A stretch of 64,000 bases of DNA from Chara braunii (lineage: Eukaryota; Plantae; Charophyceae). Made by a program: the position numbers and the translations under genes. The notes under the pieces were generated by a model, which worked only from the letters and a program-made list of their open reading frames with translations, was not told the origin of the DNA and did no database searches. The stretch covers positions 683,753 through 747,752 of the forward strand of contig BFEA01000031.1 in assembly GCA_003427395.1 (NCBI GenBank), given 5' to 3'. Of this stretch, positions 38,593 to 51,400 are shown piece after piece. Each line of letters begins with the position of its first letter. Positions within the stretch are counted from its first letter, which is position 1.

Positions 38593-40102
38593 TGTTAGGA
38601 GGGGATTGACTACCCGTTAGACCTCAGAAAAGGACACCCGCACATCACAGCATCTGGAAAGCCCTAACGCACATAACCCCAAATGAGTAAAGAATCAGCG
38701 CCCATCTCAGGTCTAGTCTAGTGAGGGGGACTAACCTAATTCGTGAAAAAGCAAAAGCAAATGAACCAGGGTGCGAATAGATTACCAAGCCGCCATCTCG
38801 CCCCCCCAGTAGTAAGGCTTCACCCCGCCCCTGCCACATGGCGAACCTTCTGGCACTTCGGCGAGAAGGAGGTGCGGTCATACCGTCAAGGCTCCTGGAA
38901 CCAGATCTCTGAAAACCATCTCAGTACAAAACTAATCCAGTCTTTTATCTCACAAATCACTCAAATGAAGTAGAGTCAATCCAAAACCAGTCAAACCACA
39001 TCAAATCCGATCTCCTCAACTGTACTCAATCAATTGTAATCAATTTAGTTAAATACAATCAACTCAATCTAGTCAAATCCAATCAGAGTCTACTAGAAGG
39101 GACCGGGGGAAGGTATGTCCAATTAAGGAGCCCCCACCCAGCAAGCACACGAGGGGAGACAAACTTCATCAGTCCTCCACCTGCAAACTTAGGAAGTTAT
39201 CTCCCTTAACCCCATCCTCTAGCCCACTCCCTCTCGCCACCTTCCACCCTATTTGATCCGGCAAGAGCTGTGTTGCCTCTCACCAGACGGCCCACCCAAC
39301 CTCTCCTCCCCGCCCCCACTCCGCCCTACCACTCTACCATACAAGAAAACAGAAAAGAGTTCATCCCTGTCAGCAGGAAATAGATCAGGAAATGACAGAG
39401 ACGGGAGAGAAAATGAGGGGGGTATAAGTGGAAGGAGGGCGAAAAACACAGCTCGCTCCTCTTGCTCCCTCTGCCGCTCACCTCCCTTCACCCGAGCCAA
39501 CACTGAAGATAGCGGGCCTGTTGCCAGTCTCGGGTCTGGCACGGACGTGCCACACAGCACCATCATTGCAGGCATTGATCTTGTTGTTGTTAGCTCCACT
39601 GTTGTTGTTGGTATTGTTATTGATGAAGCCGACAGCGGCGCAGGTGTTGTAGGTAGTAATATAGTGTGTGATGTTTGTTTTATCGTAGTTGGCACCGCTG
39701 TCGTTGTAAATGTCGTCGTGGATGCAGCTACCAGCAGTGCGGTCCTTGTAAGTGATGACATACTAGGGGTTGATGTTGTGATTGTTGTGCATGTGATCGG
39801 AGAGATCCTTCCTGGAGCAGATGCGGACAGCGCATCCGTTCTTTGCTTGATTAGCTCTTGGCCCCGCTCACGGCCTTCATTAAAGAGTTTGCGACAGTCG
39901 TCCCAAAGAAGGTTTGCCCGATGCCAATCAACATACTCATGCAGCTCCTGCGGCGGCCCCTCCTGGAATGGCAAGATCACTTCCATCATCTGCTGCACCA
40001 TTACCTCCGCCCATCTGGCCCCAGATGTCACCCCCCCAGTAACCTCTGGCCCAGGCAGGGAATGGGACGAAAGCTGGGAAGCCATAACCCGAAGTTTCTC
40101 TC
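38593..40102 (-). mobile_element. Unclassified repeat fragment with a Thr/Ser-rich ORF remnant, possibly LTR-retrotransposon derived
   Basis: About 280 open codons at 39249-40102 (WAEVMVQQMMEVILPF..WHRANLLWDDCRKLF, Thr-rich), not homologous to the LINE ORFs. tgttagga at 38593 resembles an LTR terminus, but no second LTR is visible. Confidence 0.3.
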
Positions 40103-40919
40103 NNNNNNNNNNNNNNNNNNNNNNNNNNNNNNNNNNNNNNNNNNNNNNNNNNNNNNNNNNNNNNNNNNNNNNNNNNNNNNNNNNNNNNNNNNNNNNNNNN
40201 NNNNNNNNNNNNNNNNNNNNNNNNNNNNNNNNNNNNNNNNNNNNNNNNNNNNNNNNNNNNNNNNNNNNNNNNNNNNNNNNNNNNNNNNNNNNNNNNNNNN
40301 NNNNNNNNNNNNNNNNNNNNNNNNNNNNNNNNNNNNNNNNNNNNNNNNNNNNNNNNNNNNNNNNNNNNNNNNNNNNNNNNNNNNNNNNNNNNNNNNNNNN
40401 NNNNNNNNNNNNNNNNNNNNNNNNNNNNNNNNNNNNNNNNNNNNNNNNNNNNNNNNNNNNNNNNNNNNNNNNNNNNNNNNNNNNNNNNNNNNNNNNNNNN
40501 NNNNNNNNNNNNNNNNNNNNNNNNNNNNNNNNNNNNNNNNNNNNNNNNNNNNNNNNNNNNNNNNNNNNNNNNNNNNNNNNNNNNNNNNNNNNNNNNNNNN
40601 NNNNNNNNNNNNNNNNNNNNNNNNNNNNNNNNNNNNNNNNNNNNNNNNNNNNNNNNNNNNNNNNNNNNNNNNNNNNNNNNNNNNNNNNNNNNNNNNNNNN
40701 NNNNNNNNNNNNNNNNNNNNNNNNNNNNNNNNNNNNNNNNNNNNNNNNNNNNNNNNNNNNNNNNNNNNNNNNNNNNNNNNNNNNNNNNNNNNNNNNNNNN
40801 NNNNNNNNNNNNNNNNNNNNNNNNNNNNNNNNNNNNNNNNNNNNNNNNNNNNNNNNNNNNNNNNNNNNNNNNNNNNNTTTACAGTAAACCTGCCCAAACC
40901 AGTCCATTCACCATCTCCC

Positions 40920-43900
40920 CTAATGACCTGTTAGGTCCATACCATACCATGACATATCCACNAGACAGTTGGAAGGCGGGGGAAAGAAGTCCAAGAAGTG
41001 TTCTGGGGGTTTTAGCGGGATCGAGGTGTCTACCCGGGTCCACTCGTGAAACTGCAGGCTATAATCTCTTGTAAACTCCTTCTCCGGAGGACCCTCCCCA
41101 GAAACTAACTGTTTTATGTGCTCACCATTCCACTCTACCTTGCCTATTCTCCCTCCCTCTGCACCCCCAAGCCAGGTTGAGCAAAAGTCTCTGATTTTTT
41201 GTCTGATATCGCATTGTCTGTGGAGGTGTTGGAGGCGTGCTTTTACTTCGTTCCATTTTGCCGTTATTTCTGTTTGGATTTGTTGTTGGACGCTCTCAGT
41301 AAATTCTGGGCCCTCTAATCGCACCCCCTCCATTTCCTCCAAAGCGCCCAGAGGATTGCCCGCCGGCCCATCTTAAGCATGTTCCCTGTGTATTCGTCCA
41401 GGTCCTCTGCCAGGGACGCGGGCCACGTTTCGCAGAGCAAGGCCTTCCAGTCCCAGGGCCATTGTACCTTCGTCCCCAGTTGGTCCCACACCCGGTCCCA
41501 CCATCTCCATAACCATAGCGCCCCGGGGCACTGGAGGAAGATGTGTTCGATTGTCTCTGGTCGTTTACGGGACGGGAATGCATTCATGCACAGTTTGCAC
41601 CACGGGAGAGCCTGCCCCTGCTGTTCCAGAGATGTTCTCTCAATGAGCCAATTGTTCGTCGGAAGGCAGCGGTGTTCTATCTGCCACTGGAGCGAGGCTA
41701 GTTTGGCTGGCTTCTCTTTAACTGTTTTAAACCAGCGGACCGGCCGCAACTCCCGTTTGCTGATNTTAAGGTGGTTTCTCCACNGTTCTCCCACCTGTTC
41801 CCGTAGTGCCATCTTTGGTCTAAGGAGTCTGTAAGTGGATTTAACAGTCAAGGTATGTAAGTTTTTTGTGAATTTTTTACCATTTTTGCTTGGAGTCGAC
41901 CATGACCATTCCTTTGGGTCCAGAGGTAGGTGCTGTAAGGGAATGTCCGGGTGGTATGTTGTCCATTGTTCTTTTCCGTTGAGTGCCCTTATTCGGTAAA
42001 CGCTGTCTGTTTGGCATGTTACGGTCTCGTCAGTGGCTGTTCTTTGGATGATGTTATCTGGCCCCAGCCGTGAGAGCCGTACTGCCACTGATCCGTCCTG
42101 AGGGGGGCGGACTATTCTTCCCACACTTCCTTGCCGGTCAGCAACTGTAACCCAGTCCAGTTTCTGTAGGGAAGGGCCTTTACGGAGGATTCTCCACCAT
42201 TGCAGCGGGATCATTTCCACCAGTTTCTCCAAGGCTGCATGTGGGCGGTGGCAGTAGCGCAGTTTTTCTCGAAGTTGGTCGGGTTCGATCCAGTCTCTCC
42301 TGTCCATGTCCCATATGTCATTTACCCTTGTTATTCCTTTTTGGATCCAACCCCGCCAAGGGGTGTCCGAGCTAAGGAGCATACGGCCTGTTGAGTCCAC
42401 CACCCATCTGTTTCCAAAGAGGGGCTGACGCACCACCTCCTCCCATCTGTCTGGCGCTGTTTTGTCTGGGGGTGGCAGGCTTCTCCACGTCCTGAGGAGG
42501 GTGGGCCAGAAGGGGTCGTGCCGTAGGTCGGCCTTTGCCGCTTGCCTGGGGCACTCCGGTTGGGGGTCCCTTTGCTGTACTCTTGTTCGGGGGATGGGGC
42601 ACTCTCTGTTTTCCAACCAAGTCACCGGGTCGACCCCCTCTGTGGTTTTCGGCGCTAGCCTCACAATTTGTTCCAGAGCTAGCCTTCTCCAAGGGATTTC
42701 AGGGTTGAAAAGGAGGCGTTTGAGCCATTGCAAGGCCAGTGCTTTAGTCTGCAGCAAGGGGTCGATGATACCCAGCCCCCCCCGAGTTTTGGGTTGAATG
42801 ATAGAGTGTCAGGCCACCCGGTTCAACACATTCCTTCGTTCGTGATCGCCTCGCCAAAGGAAAGCAGCAATCTGGTGTCGCAATGGGAGCACATCCATCT
42901 TTTCCAAGGCCCAGATCGCGGATTTATACCACATCGAGGCCAGCACCACGTTATTAATGACGAGCGCCCGACCAAACAGCGAGGTGTGTTTGTCTCTCCA
43001 GAGGGCCATCTTGGCCAAGGGGGGGATGGAGATCCATTCTTTGTTTGTTGAGGGCCTGCCTTCCGCTGTCNTAGAGACGCCCAGTACCCTGATGGGGCTC
43101 TCTTTAGGGAGCCAGTTAATCCTAGGTTGCTCCGGGGGTCTTACTCCTTGGTGGTGGATCCACCACCCGAGGGTTTTATTCCCCTAGTTAACTCTCATGT
43201 CTGAGAGGGAACAAAAGCGATCCATCAGGCGCTGCACCTCCTCCATCGCTTCTTTTGAGGCATCCACTAGCAAGGTTAGGTCATCAGCAAACAGGGAGCA
43301 TATCGGAATTGCCTCTTGCGGCATCGCTGTTATTTGGATGCGTTTTAGTTCTTTGTGGGTCCTCAGATTGGCAGTCAGGGCCTCCATAACAATGACAAAC
43401 AAATAGGGCGCTATGGGGTCGCCTTGTCTGACCAATCTCTGGAGGTTAATCGGGGGGGCCAGGTTGCCGTTTAGCATGACCCGAGTTGTTGCATTTCCAT
43501 GGAGAATATTGATCCAGCGTCTGAAATTTGGGCCAAAGTTCAGTTTGTCCAGGCACTTATCCAAGAAGAACCAATCCACGTGGTCATATGCCTTTTCAAA
43601 ATCAATGAAGATGATTGCTGCGTTATTTTTAGATTGACGTGATAATTTGATTACCTCATTCNCTAGGAGAATGTTGTCCTGGATGTTTCTNCCTTTGATG
43701 AAACCGGTTTGGTCTGGGTGGATGATGTNTCTCATCAGTGGTGTCATTCGATTGGTCAAGGNTTTTGCTAGCAGTTTGTACACTACTGTGAGGAGAGTTA
43801 TAGGCCTATAGTTTCTGATGTTGATCTTCTCTCCTTTTTTGTATAGGAGCGTCAANACTCCCTGCCCCACAATCTNACCCATCTGTCCCGCGTCCCAGAC

Positions 43901-45500
43901 TGTATGATAGTAGTCCATGAGATCTTGCGAGATTGTGGCCCACATGGTCTCCCAGAATTCTTTCGGTAACCCGTCCAGTCCAGGAGTTTTTTCATCTTCC
44001 ATTTGTTTCAATGCCTCCCATATTTCTTCTTTTGAGATGGGTGCGTCTAAAGTGTCCTTTTGTTGGTCAGTAAGGGATTTGGTCAACGGGAGCAAGAAAG
44101 TGTCAATCTCCTCCGATCGCTTTTCCTTCTCTTGGTTGCGGCATTCCGAGGTGAAGAGAGCTTGGTAGAAATCCCTTGCTATTTTGGTGCATGCTGCTGT
44201 GGATGTATGGAGAGGCCCGCAGTGACCTTGCGGGTCCTCAAGGGATTCGATTATCGTTCGGCCTGTTCTGGCCTTGGTCATAGCGAAGAATCTCGAGTCC
44301 ATTGCGCCCTCAGTGTTGTATTTGGAAAGCTTTCCCCGGATTCTGGTTCCTTGCCACCTATATTCCATGTAGTTCATGAGTTGGCCCTCCAAGGATTGAA
44401 TGGTTTCACTCAGTTCCTCTTGTTGGCGTAGGTCCGTCAGATCGTTTTCCTGTGATTGTAAGAGTTGTAATTGGTGTTGCAATCGTAGTTCTTCGGCATG
44501 GCGACGTGCTGCGAGCAAATGTGAGTATTCATTGCACTTGCGGCCCAGAAAAGCCAGGCCGTTGTTGAACCACAGGATGTCGTNGTTGANCTGGTNTCTC
44601 TNAGATTTCCAAAANGACCACACGTCCNTCAGGTAGGCCACGAAACGATCATAANACAAGAGGGATGTGTTAAGCNTATAGAAACCTTTCCCTTGGTCAG
44701 GTTTCTTTCTAAAGGAAAAGACAGCTAGGCACATTGCGTGATCCAGGCCCGGGTGGGGGCTTCTGGGGAATANCTCTGCTGCTTGCAAGCCTCCTTGCAA
44801 GTCTTNCGAGGCTAGGATCAGGTCTATGCGTGATTTGGAGACACCTTCCGCTGTATTTTTTCGATAACATGTGAAGCGACGCACGGTCGGGTGGCTCCGT
44901 CGGAATGTGTCAAAAAGATTGAGGGATGAGGAGAGATTTGCGATTGTGTTCTCGTCGTNTTCTATGTAGACCGGACAAGGGGAGGGGGTTCTCCACCTGT
45001 CCACCCATCTGTCCGGTGCTGCATTAAAGTCCCCCGCCAGGATCGTGGGGATGCCCGCCGGCAACTTATCCTTCAAGGATTCGATGAAAGTTTGTCTTGC
45101 CTGCGGGTCATTTGGGGCGTATACATTAAGAATGGTTACCACTTCAATTTCNAGCATNGCNAGCAGGTACACCCACCTCCCCTCTTCCTGATCCGCTNCC
45201 CAGTTGAGCATCTNTACTTTAGATCCNGGGGGTAGCCATATGGCAACGCCACAACTGCCCGGGCGCGGGGCATGAGCACGATATGCCTGATGTGGCCAGA
45301 TCTCTTTGTGCGTGTGATTGTGGTCCGGGGAGTCCATAAGGTGAGTCTCCTGCAAGCACACCACATCTGGTCAGCGGCGGCCTTCAATCCCTCTCAATTG
45401 GTCCATTATGGCCTGCCTTTTATGGGCTTTGGCGGTGGCCAGGCCATTGACATTTAATGAACGCAGGTCCAAGTCCGCCTGTCGTTTGCAGAGCTGTCAG
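40920..45500 (-). pseudogene. L1/Tx1-like ORF2, near full-length (EN-RT-zf-RVT)
   Basis: SLNVNGL, CLQETH, NVYAPND, GDFN, SRIDL, LDH; NYRPITLL, DFEKAYD, RQGDP, LFADD; LQWQIEHRCLPT, CKLC..ETIEHIFLQC. Few lesions, including stops at probable Trp positions (43184, 42809). Confidence 0.95.
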
Positions 45501-45612
45501 GCTTTGTCCCTACCAAAAAGCACGTCGACCACATTCATTGCTGTATTTCACCACCCCCTTCTCTGTAAATATTCTGTGTTTTTGTTTTTTCTGTGTTTTT
45601 TATTTTTATTTT

Positions 45613-47250
45613 TTATAGGGCCATCCATTTTGCAGTGTCTAAGATACCACCCTTCTGCAGGGTTCCTTTCCTGAGTATGTTTACTAGGAAGGATTCTGCC
45701 TCCGTTGCCGACCAGAGGTCGCCGGTCTTTATCTTCAGGAGCTGGAGGTCCAGGAGGGCGTCATTGTGGAACCGGCGCAGTCCCTCCATGTCCGGGTGGT
45801 CATATCGCACGTAGATGTCCCTGACGGTCAGTCTGTCCTGGCCGTGGGAGACCTCCAGGACTGACGTAGCGCCCCCTGGAAGGAGGCCATGAATTAGCTT
45901 GATAATGTCCTGTTTCCAGAAGGTCAGATTGTCCGCCCATGATGTCAAAGATAGAAAATAGGATGAGCGTCCCTGGAGGGACAACTCTCAGTGTGTCGCT
46001 TCGGGGGGGGTGGAGAGGCCTATCTCCCATGTTCCATGTGCGCGCCTGACTGGGAGAAGCAGCACCCCCTTATTGGAGGGCTGGAACTGGGACGCCTTTT
46101 CCAGTAGGTGACGGATTTTTTGTCGCCTGCTGGTGAGGGTGTCAGCAAGGGGTTCCGGGGGGGGAGGGGGGTCGGGAGGGTCGGGTTCGGGCACAGACGA
46201 GGCACAGTCCCAGGCTGGCAATGCCAGGCATAGCCCGCCTGCCCCATTGTCCTGTTCCACAGGCTGTCCCAAGCCCGAGTGTGGTTGGCCACTAGGCCTC
46301 GATTCAGCTTGTGGTTCCCCCTCATCTGCACTGGTATTTCCTTGCAGGGGACTCTTCCCATTTTTCTCATTTTCTGTGCCCCGGGTCTGTCCCTCATCTG
46401 CGTCAGTGTTTCCCAGTAGGGGATTTTTTCCTTTTTCTATGCCGCAGGTCTGTCCCGGTTCGGGGAGCGCTTCTGTCTGGTTTCCCGGGTGTGTCCCGTC
46501 GTGCTGCAGGACCTCCTGAGGATGTTGCAAATCCTCTCTCTCTGCTCCCGGGTCCGCCCTGTCGCTGGTCTTTTCCGGGCCCGGGTTTTTTACTTTTGAG
46601 CTCTGCTCTGCAGCNNCGGCCNGCTGNTGTACCCCGTTCCGGGANGAGCCATNTTCTGNGGCGTCATTACATTGGTGAGTCCCGTCCCNGTNCCTTCCCG
46701 CGGGGCCGCCCTNCCCACCCTCCTNTGTGTGTCTCACTGTTTNCCNCGAGGTCTGCACAGGCGAGGGGGACTGGAACCTGGTGAGAACTATGTGCAACAG
46801 TTTGTAGTGGATTTGGTTCCAGCTCGCTCCTGTTGGCAGGCCACGGGTTAAAGCGGTATGGAGGCTGGGGCTGCTTTCCAGCAGAGCTACTAGGTCTCTG
46901 TACACATCATCCCACATCTCCTCACTGTCATTTGGATATTTCAGGCGGAGGTTCTTCATCAACCACTCCGCTACGTCCTGTAGGGCCATTCCCCGTGTGT
47001 CTCCCGTTGTTTGTATATCATTTGGTAGATCGTTTCGCTCATCAGTGGCAGGCTGGGCGGTGTTCGCAGCTTGGGCGTCAGTCATTTCCACCTCGGGTGG
47101 GGGTGGTGCCCCGGGGAGTATTTCAATGTCCATCGGCGCGGGGCCGAAGGCGTCCTGGAGTGGGTCTGTTACCGCACTGGATTGTTGTGACCCATCTGTT
47201 GGGGATGCATGCTCATTTTGGGAGGGCTGTGCATTCGTCAGCAGCTTCAC
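45613..47250 (-). pseudogene. LINE ORF1, C-terminal part
   Basis: ORFs 45988-47250 and 45613-45984 share a frame with one stop between them and lie directly upstream of ORF2 on the same strand. Contains PEPDPPDPPP. No domain recognised. Confidence 0.6.
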
Positions 47251-48247
47251 CGTTTTCTCAACAGTTGAATGAGATCCAAACTTGTGTTGCCACCCGTGAT
47301 GCCAGCGTCAGCCAACTCACCTCGCTGCCATCCTCATCGCCGTAACCTGCGCAAAGACACTCCAGTGCTGGTGAAGGCGAGGCTCATTAGAGCTTCGTTG
47401 CCATGATCGCCATCGACGACCACCTGGCCTCCCACCTCGCTAGACCCCGCCTCGGCAGCGCCGAGGACCCTGGAGCAGATGCCCGCCGAGCCCGTCGACC
47501 GGGAGTGCTCCGTGCGTTGCTACGAACTTGTCTTAACCCTAACCCCACCTTACTACCCAACTGGAATTGAGTCGAAAGCAATCATGATTGACCTACCACC
47601 GCACTCAGGAACAGCGTGCTACACTCATGCTCTTCCTTCAAGTGCTCTTGATAAATCAGATTCTGAAAGCTCGAAGCCGTCCTAAAAGGCGTCCATATCC
47701 AAGAGCGAGAATCTGCTCCGCCGCGTTTGATTGTAGGACGATGGACGAAGGCTGCAGCTATTCGTACATCAGGGTGACGAATAGTGATCAGTTCAGAACT
47801 ATTTTATTTTAGTGTGGTCGCCGCTGGATTCGAATTCACGTCTGGAATAACAGTTTCATGTGCGAATCAACTGAGCAGCCTGCCAATGTGCAAAATGAGA
47901 AGGAATCTTCCGCAAGAACATGGGAACATACACCACGACGGACATACATTGAAAAGAAATCCCAGTGTGAGTATAGACTAAGGAGCTGTCAGATGCAAAT
48001 GTCGCGTGCGCACGAGNNNNNNNNNNNNNNNNNNNNNNNNNNNNNNNNNNNNNNNNNNNNNNNNNNNNNNNNNNNNNNNNNNNNNNNNNNNNNNNNNNNN
48101 NNNNNNNNNNNNNNNNNNNNNNNNNNNNNNNNNNNNNNNNNNNNNNNNNNNNNNNNNNNNNNNNNNNNNNNNNNNNNNNNNNNNNNNNNNNNNNNNNNNN
48201 NNNNNNNNNNNNNNNNNNNNNNNNNNNNNNNNNNNNNNNNNNNNNNN

Positions 48248-48335
<88 letters not shown>

Positions 48336-48394
48336 CATTTTCGTTGGGAGTGTCTGATTTCCTCTTTTTTTTTTTGCAGAATGTTCCCATGATG

Positions 48395-48479
48395 TGCTAC
48401 TGGTTGTCCGAGGCTCGGGAGTGACCAGGTACCGGTAGTCCGAGCCTCGGACTTGATAGCTGGGCGAGGTACTGGTGGT
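48395..48479 (-). mobile_element. Third terminus of the ACCACCAGTACC TIR family
   Basis: cttgatagctgggcgaggtactggtggt|ttag, with subterminal gtccgagcctcgg/ccgaggctcgg repeats as at 21471-21550. Confidence 0.75.
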
Positions 48480-51400
48480 TTAGGAAGGCCCTTATGCAAG
48501 GCCTCTATCCCAGTGGTGGTAAGAGAACCACTGGAATTGAGGTTTTGCCTGGTGGGCCGCTCCATCTATTGGCGGGGAGCATCACCTGCTGGAAACCGTG
48601 TCCAGTGCCCCTTGAATACATCTCTTTTTCTCTTTTTCACGTGCTGGGAACCGGGCCCAGCGTTCCTTATGACAACAATAGGATTGGAATGGTTCATTGC
48701 TGCTGGAAACCAGGTCCAGCTTCCTTTGTTCATGCTCTATTCCAGAGCTAGGGGCCAGCCGGGGACACTGGGGGGCACCAGTGCGTCCCTTCAGGCCCTT
48801 GTCTGCCTACCTCTACCTCTACCTCTAAAATTGAGACGAAAACGCAAGCAAGGCTTGAGAACCGGGCTCAGCGTCCTGTACTCTATGCGAAGCACTTTGT
48901 TTAAGGGACATGACCTCTGAGAATCTCTGAGAATGGGAAGAAAACACAAGGACTGGCTGAGAACTGGGCCCAGCGTCCCATACTCTATGCAAAGGACTTT
49001 CTCTCTCTTCTTTTTTTCTTTTGGAATGCTTCGATCTATTCGTGGGGAGCAGTATGTGCTGGGAACCGGGCCCAGCGTCCCTTATGAAGTGAACATCTTT
49101 GAACACGAGATCATCAGGACATAACCACTGTGCTGGAAAACGGGTCCAGCGTGGTCATCATCAATTTATTTTTTTTGGAGCATGAGACTATCAAAGGAAC
49201 CACTGTGCTGGAAAGTGGGACCTTTAAGTCATATCTATCCCAGCCATATTTCCAACGATCGGTGGTGGGGCAGAAAGGGGTCAGCAAAGTCTTCTGCCGG
49301 TCGTAGGGGGACGCCCGCGCTGATCATAGTCCAGTCCTTAAAAACCAGATGATAGTCCCGAGGGGGCTTCACTCCTATAGGCTCGTTCTCCATTTGATTC
49401 CGGTTTTTCCATGGTCCAGACCATGTCACATCGGCTACCCATCTTCCCCGGTCTCCGCCTAGCCATTCTTGGCCGAAGTTCTTGATTGTCCTTAGGATAT
49501 CCTTAGGATATCCTTAGATTAGTGAAGAGAGTCTAGCGTCTGTTTTCTTACTGCTGATTGTTGGGACAGCCCCAGTTGGAGCTTCTGTTTGAGGTATTCT
49601 TTCCTCTCTTCCCCATCCACCATCACCTTCTCCATAGCCAGGGCGCATCGTCGCCACAATAAAACCCATAGAATCACTCTCCTCCCTAGGTGGAACATGT
49701 TCCATGCAAAAGTCTGACTCTAGAGTGATGACAATACCCCAGCAAGATCGCCCTCCAGTCCCATGGCCATGAATGACCTGGGACTATCTGCCATCGCTAC
49801 TGCCACTGGGCATTGGAGAAAGATGACATTGTGCTCAACTGTCTCCTCCCTCTTTCATACTGGGAAGGTTGAAAGCCATCGGGGGCACCACGGGAGAGCC
49901 CGCCCTTGCTGATCCAATTGTGTATGATTGATCAGCCAACTGTTGGTGGGGAGGCAGCAGTGCACAATTTGCCATCGCAAGGATGTGATTTTGGTCGGAC
50001 CGCATTTGCAGTCCCTGAACCATCTAATAGGCGCCAACAGCTGCTTGTCAATATATTTAGGTGTCGCTGCCATCGCTCCTGGACTGTGTCTCTCAGGTCC
50101 CTTCTGACTACGGTAAGAGGTTTTTAACAGTCATCTTAAAAAGAGCCAGAGGTATAAGCTCACATATCTTTGGGTGCGCGGGCGGGTTCCAAACCCATTC
50201 TGTCGGGTCCAGAGGAAGCTTGAATAGCAGGATATCGGGCCTGAAAGCCATTCTCCCTTCCCCTTCGCCATAGATTCTCACTCTGTGCAACTAGCCTTTA
50301 GGGGACCACACGAAGGGCTCTCTGCTACCCACTAGCCGACCGTCCCTTCCCATGCTGTACCCTTCTACTAGGGCATCCTCTAGCCCTGCCAGATGAACTA
50401 GCCCCACTCGTAACGCAGCGTCTTTGGTAGATACCCAGTCTCCCTCCTGCAAGTGTGGCCCCCTGCGCAAGATGGGGAGCGCTACAGGAAAGGCTTCCAG
50501 GAGTTCCTCCAGAGCTGCTTCAGAGGTGTGACAGTAGCGGAGCCTCCCTCTCATTTCTTTTAGTGTTCTCCAGTTTCTACTGGAATCATCCCATAGGTTC
50601 CCCACTCGATCTCACTCTTGACCCATCCTTTCCACGGAGAATCTGAACTACAGAAAATTTGACTGTGCGAATTCGTAATCCACCGGTTTCCAAAAAGAGG
50701 TTGTCTCGCCACCTCTTCCCATCGCTTCAGAGGTGGGCGATCTGGGGGGGGGGGAGCTTTCTCCATATTTTAATCAACCGCAGCCACAAGGCCTCTCGTG
50801 GACACCCCCCAAAGACTTTTCGCGGGACCTCCCAATATCTATCATCCAACCATGTCAACGAGTCCACATCCGGAGGAGCTTGTGGTGCAAGATGTGCAAT
50901 CTGCCCCATAGCCAGCGGCTTCCACTGCCGGGACGATCCGAAAATCAAACGCACAAACCATAACAAGCTCAAGGCCTGGATCTGTGTAGGGGGGTCTAAT
51001 ATACCTAGACCACCTTGGGCCTGGGGCTGGACCACCGAGTCCCATGCTACCCTACTCATGGCATTGGTATTTTGACTATCCCCTCTCCACAAATAGGAGG
51101 CCACTTTTCGCTTGAGGGTTTTGCATGTAGTATTGTATAGATGTCTACTTTCTTGTATTAGCCCCTTCAAGGCTGTTTTCATTAGTACTTGGTGCAAGTT
51201 GTTCTCAGATTTTTCTCAAAAAAAAAAGAAAAAAAAAAAGACCTATCATCAAAGGGCGTCACTGCTCAGTTAATCCCTTGGTTCCGGGGCAATTAATACT
51301 GGCAGGGGGAGGTGTTCTTAAAATTTTTCGCAATTCTTCTAGAAAAAAAAACTTGAGAATGCCTAGGATTCTGGGTACTCCTTGCAACTCATTTTAGGCA

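Noticed and set aside
39253-40934. Long 289-552 aa ORFs
   Set aside because: Inflated by N runs. The + strand Val-rich ORF is the antisense of the Thr-rich frame.
50456-50475. tggccccctgcgcaagatgg resembling the U6 ISL
   Set aside because: It is the antisense of LINE ORF2 codons (ILRRGPH) shared with the other LINEs, and no other U6 sequence flanks it.
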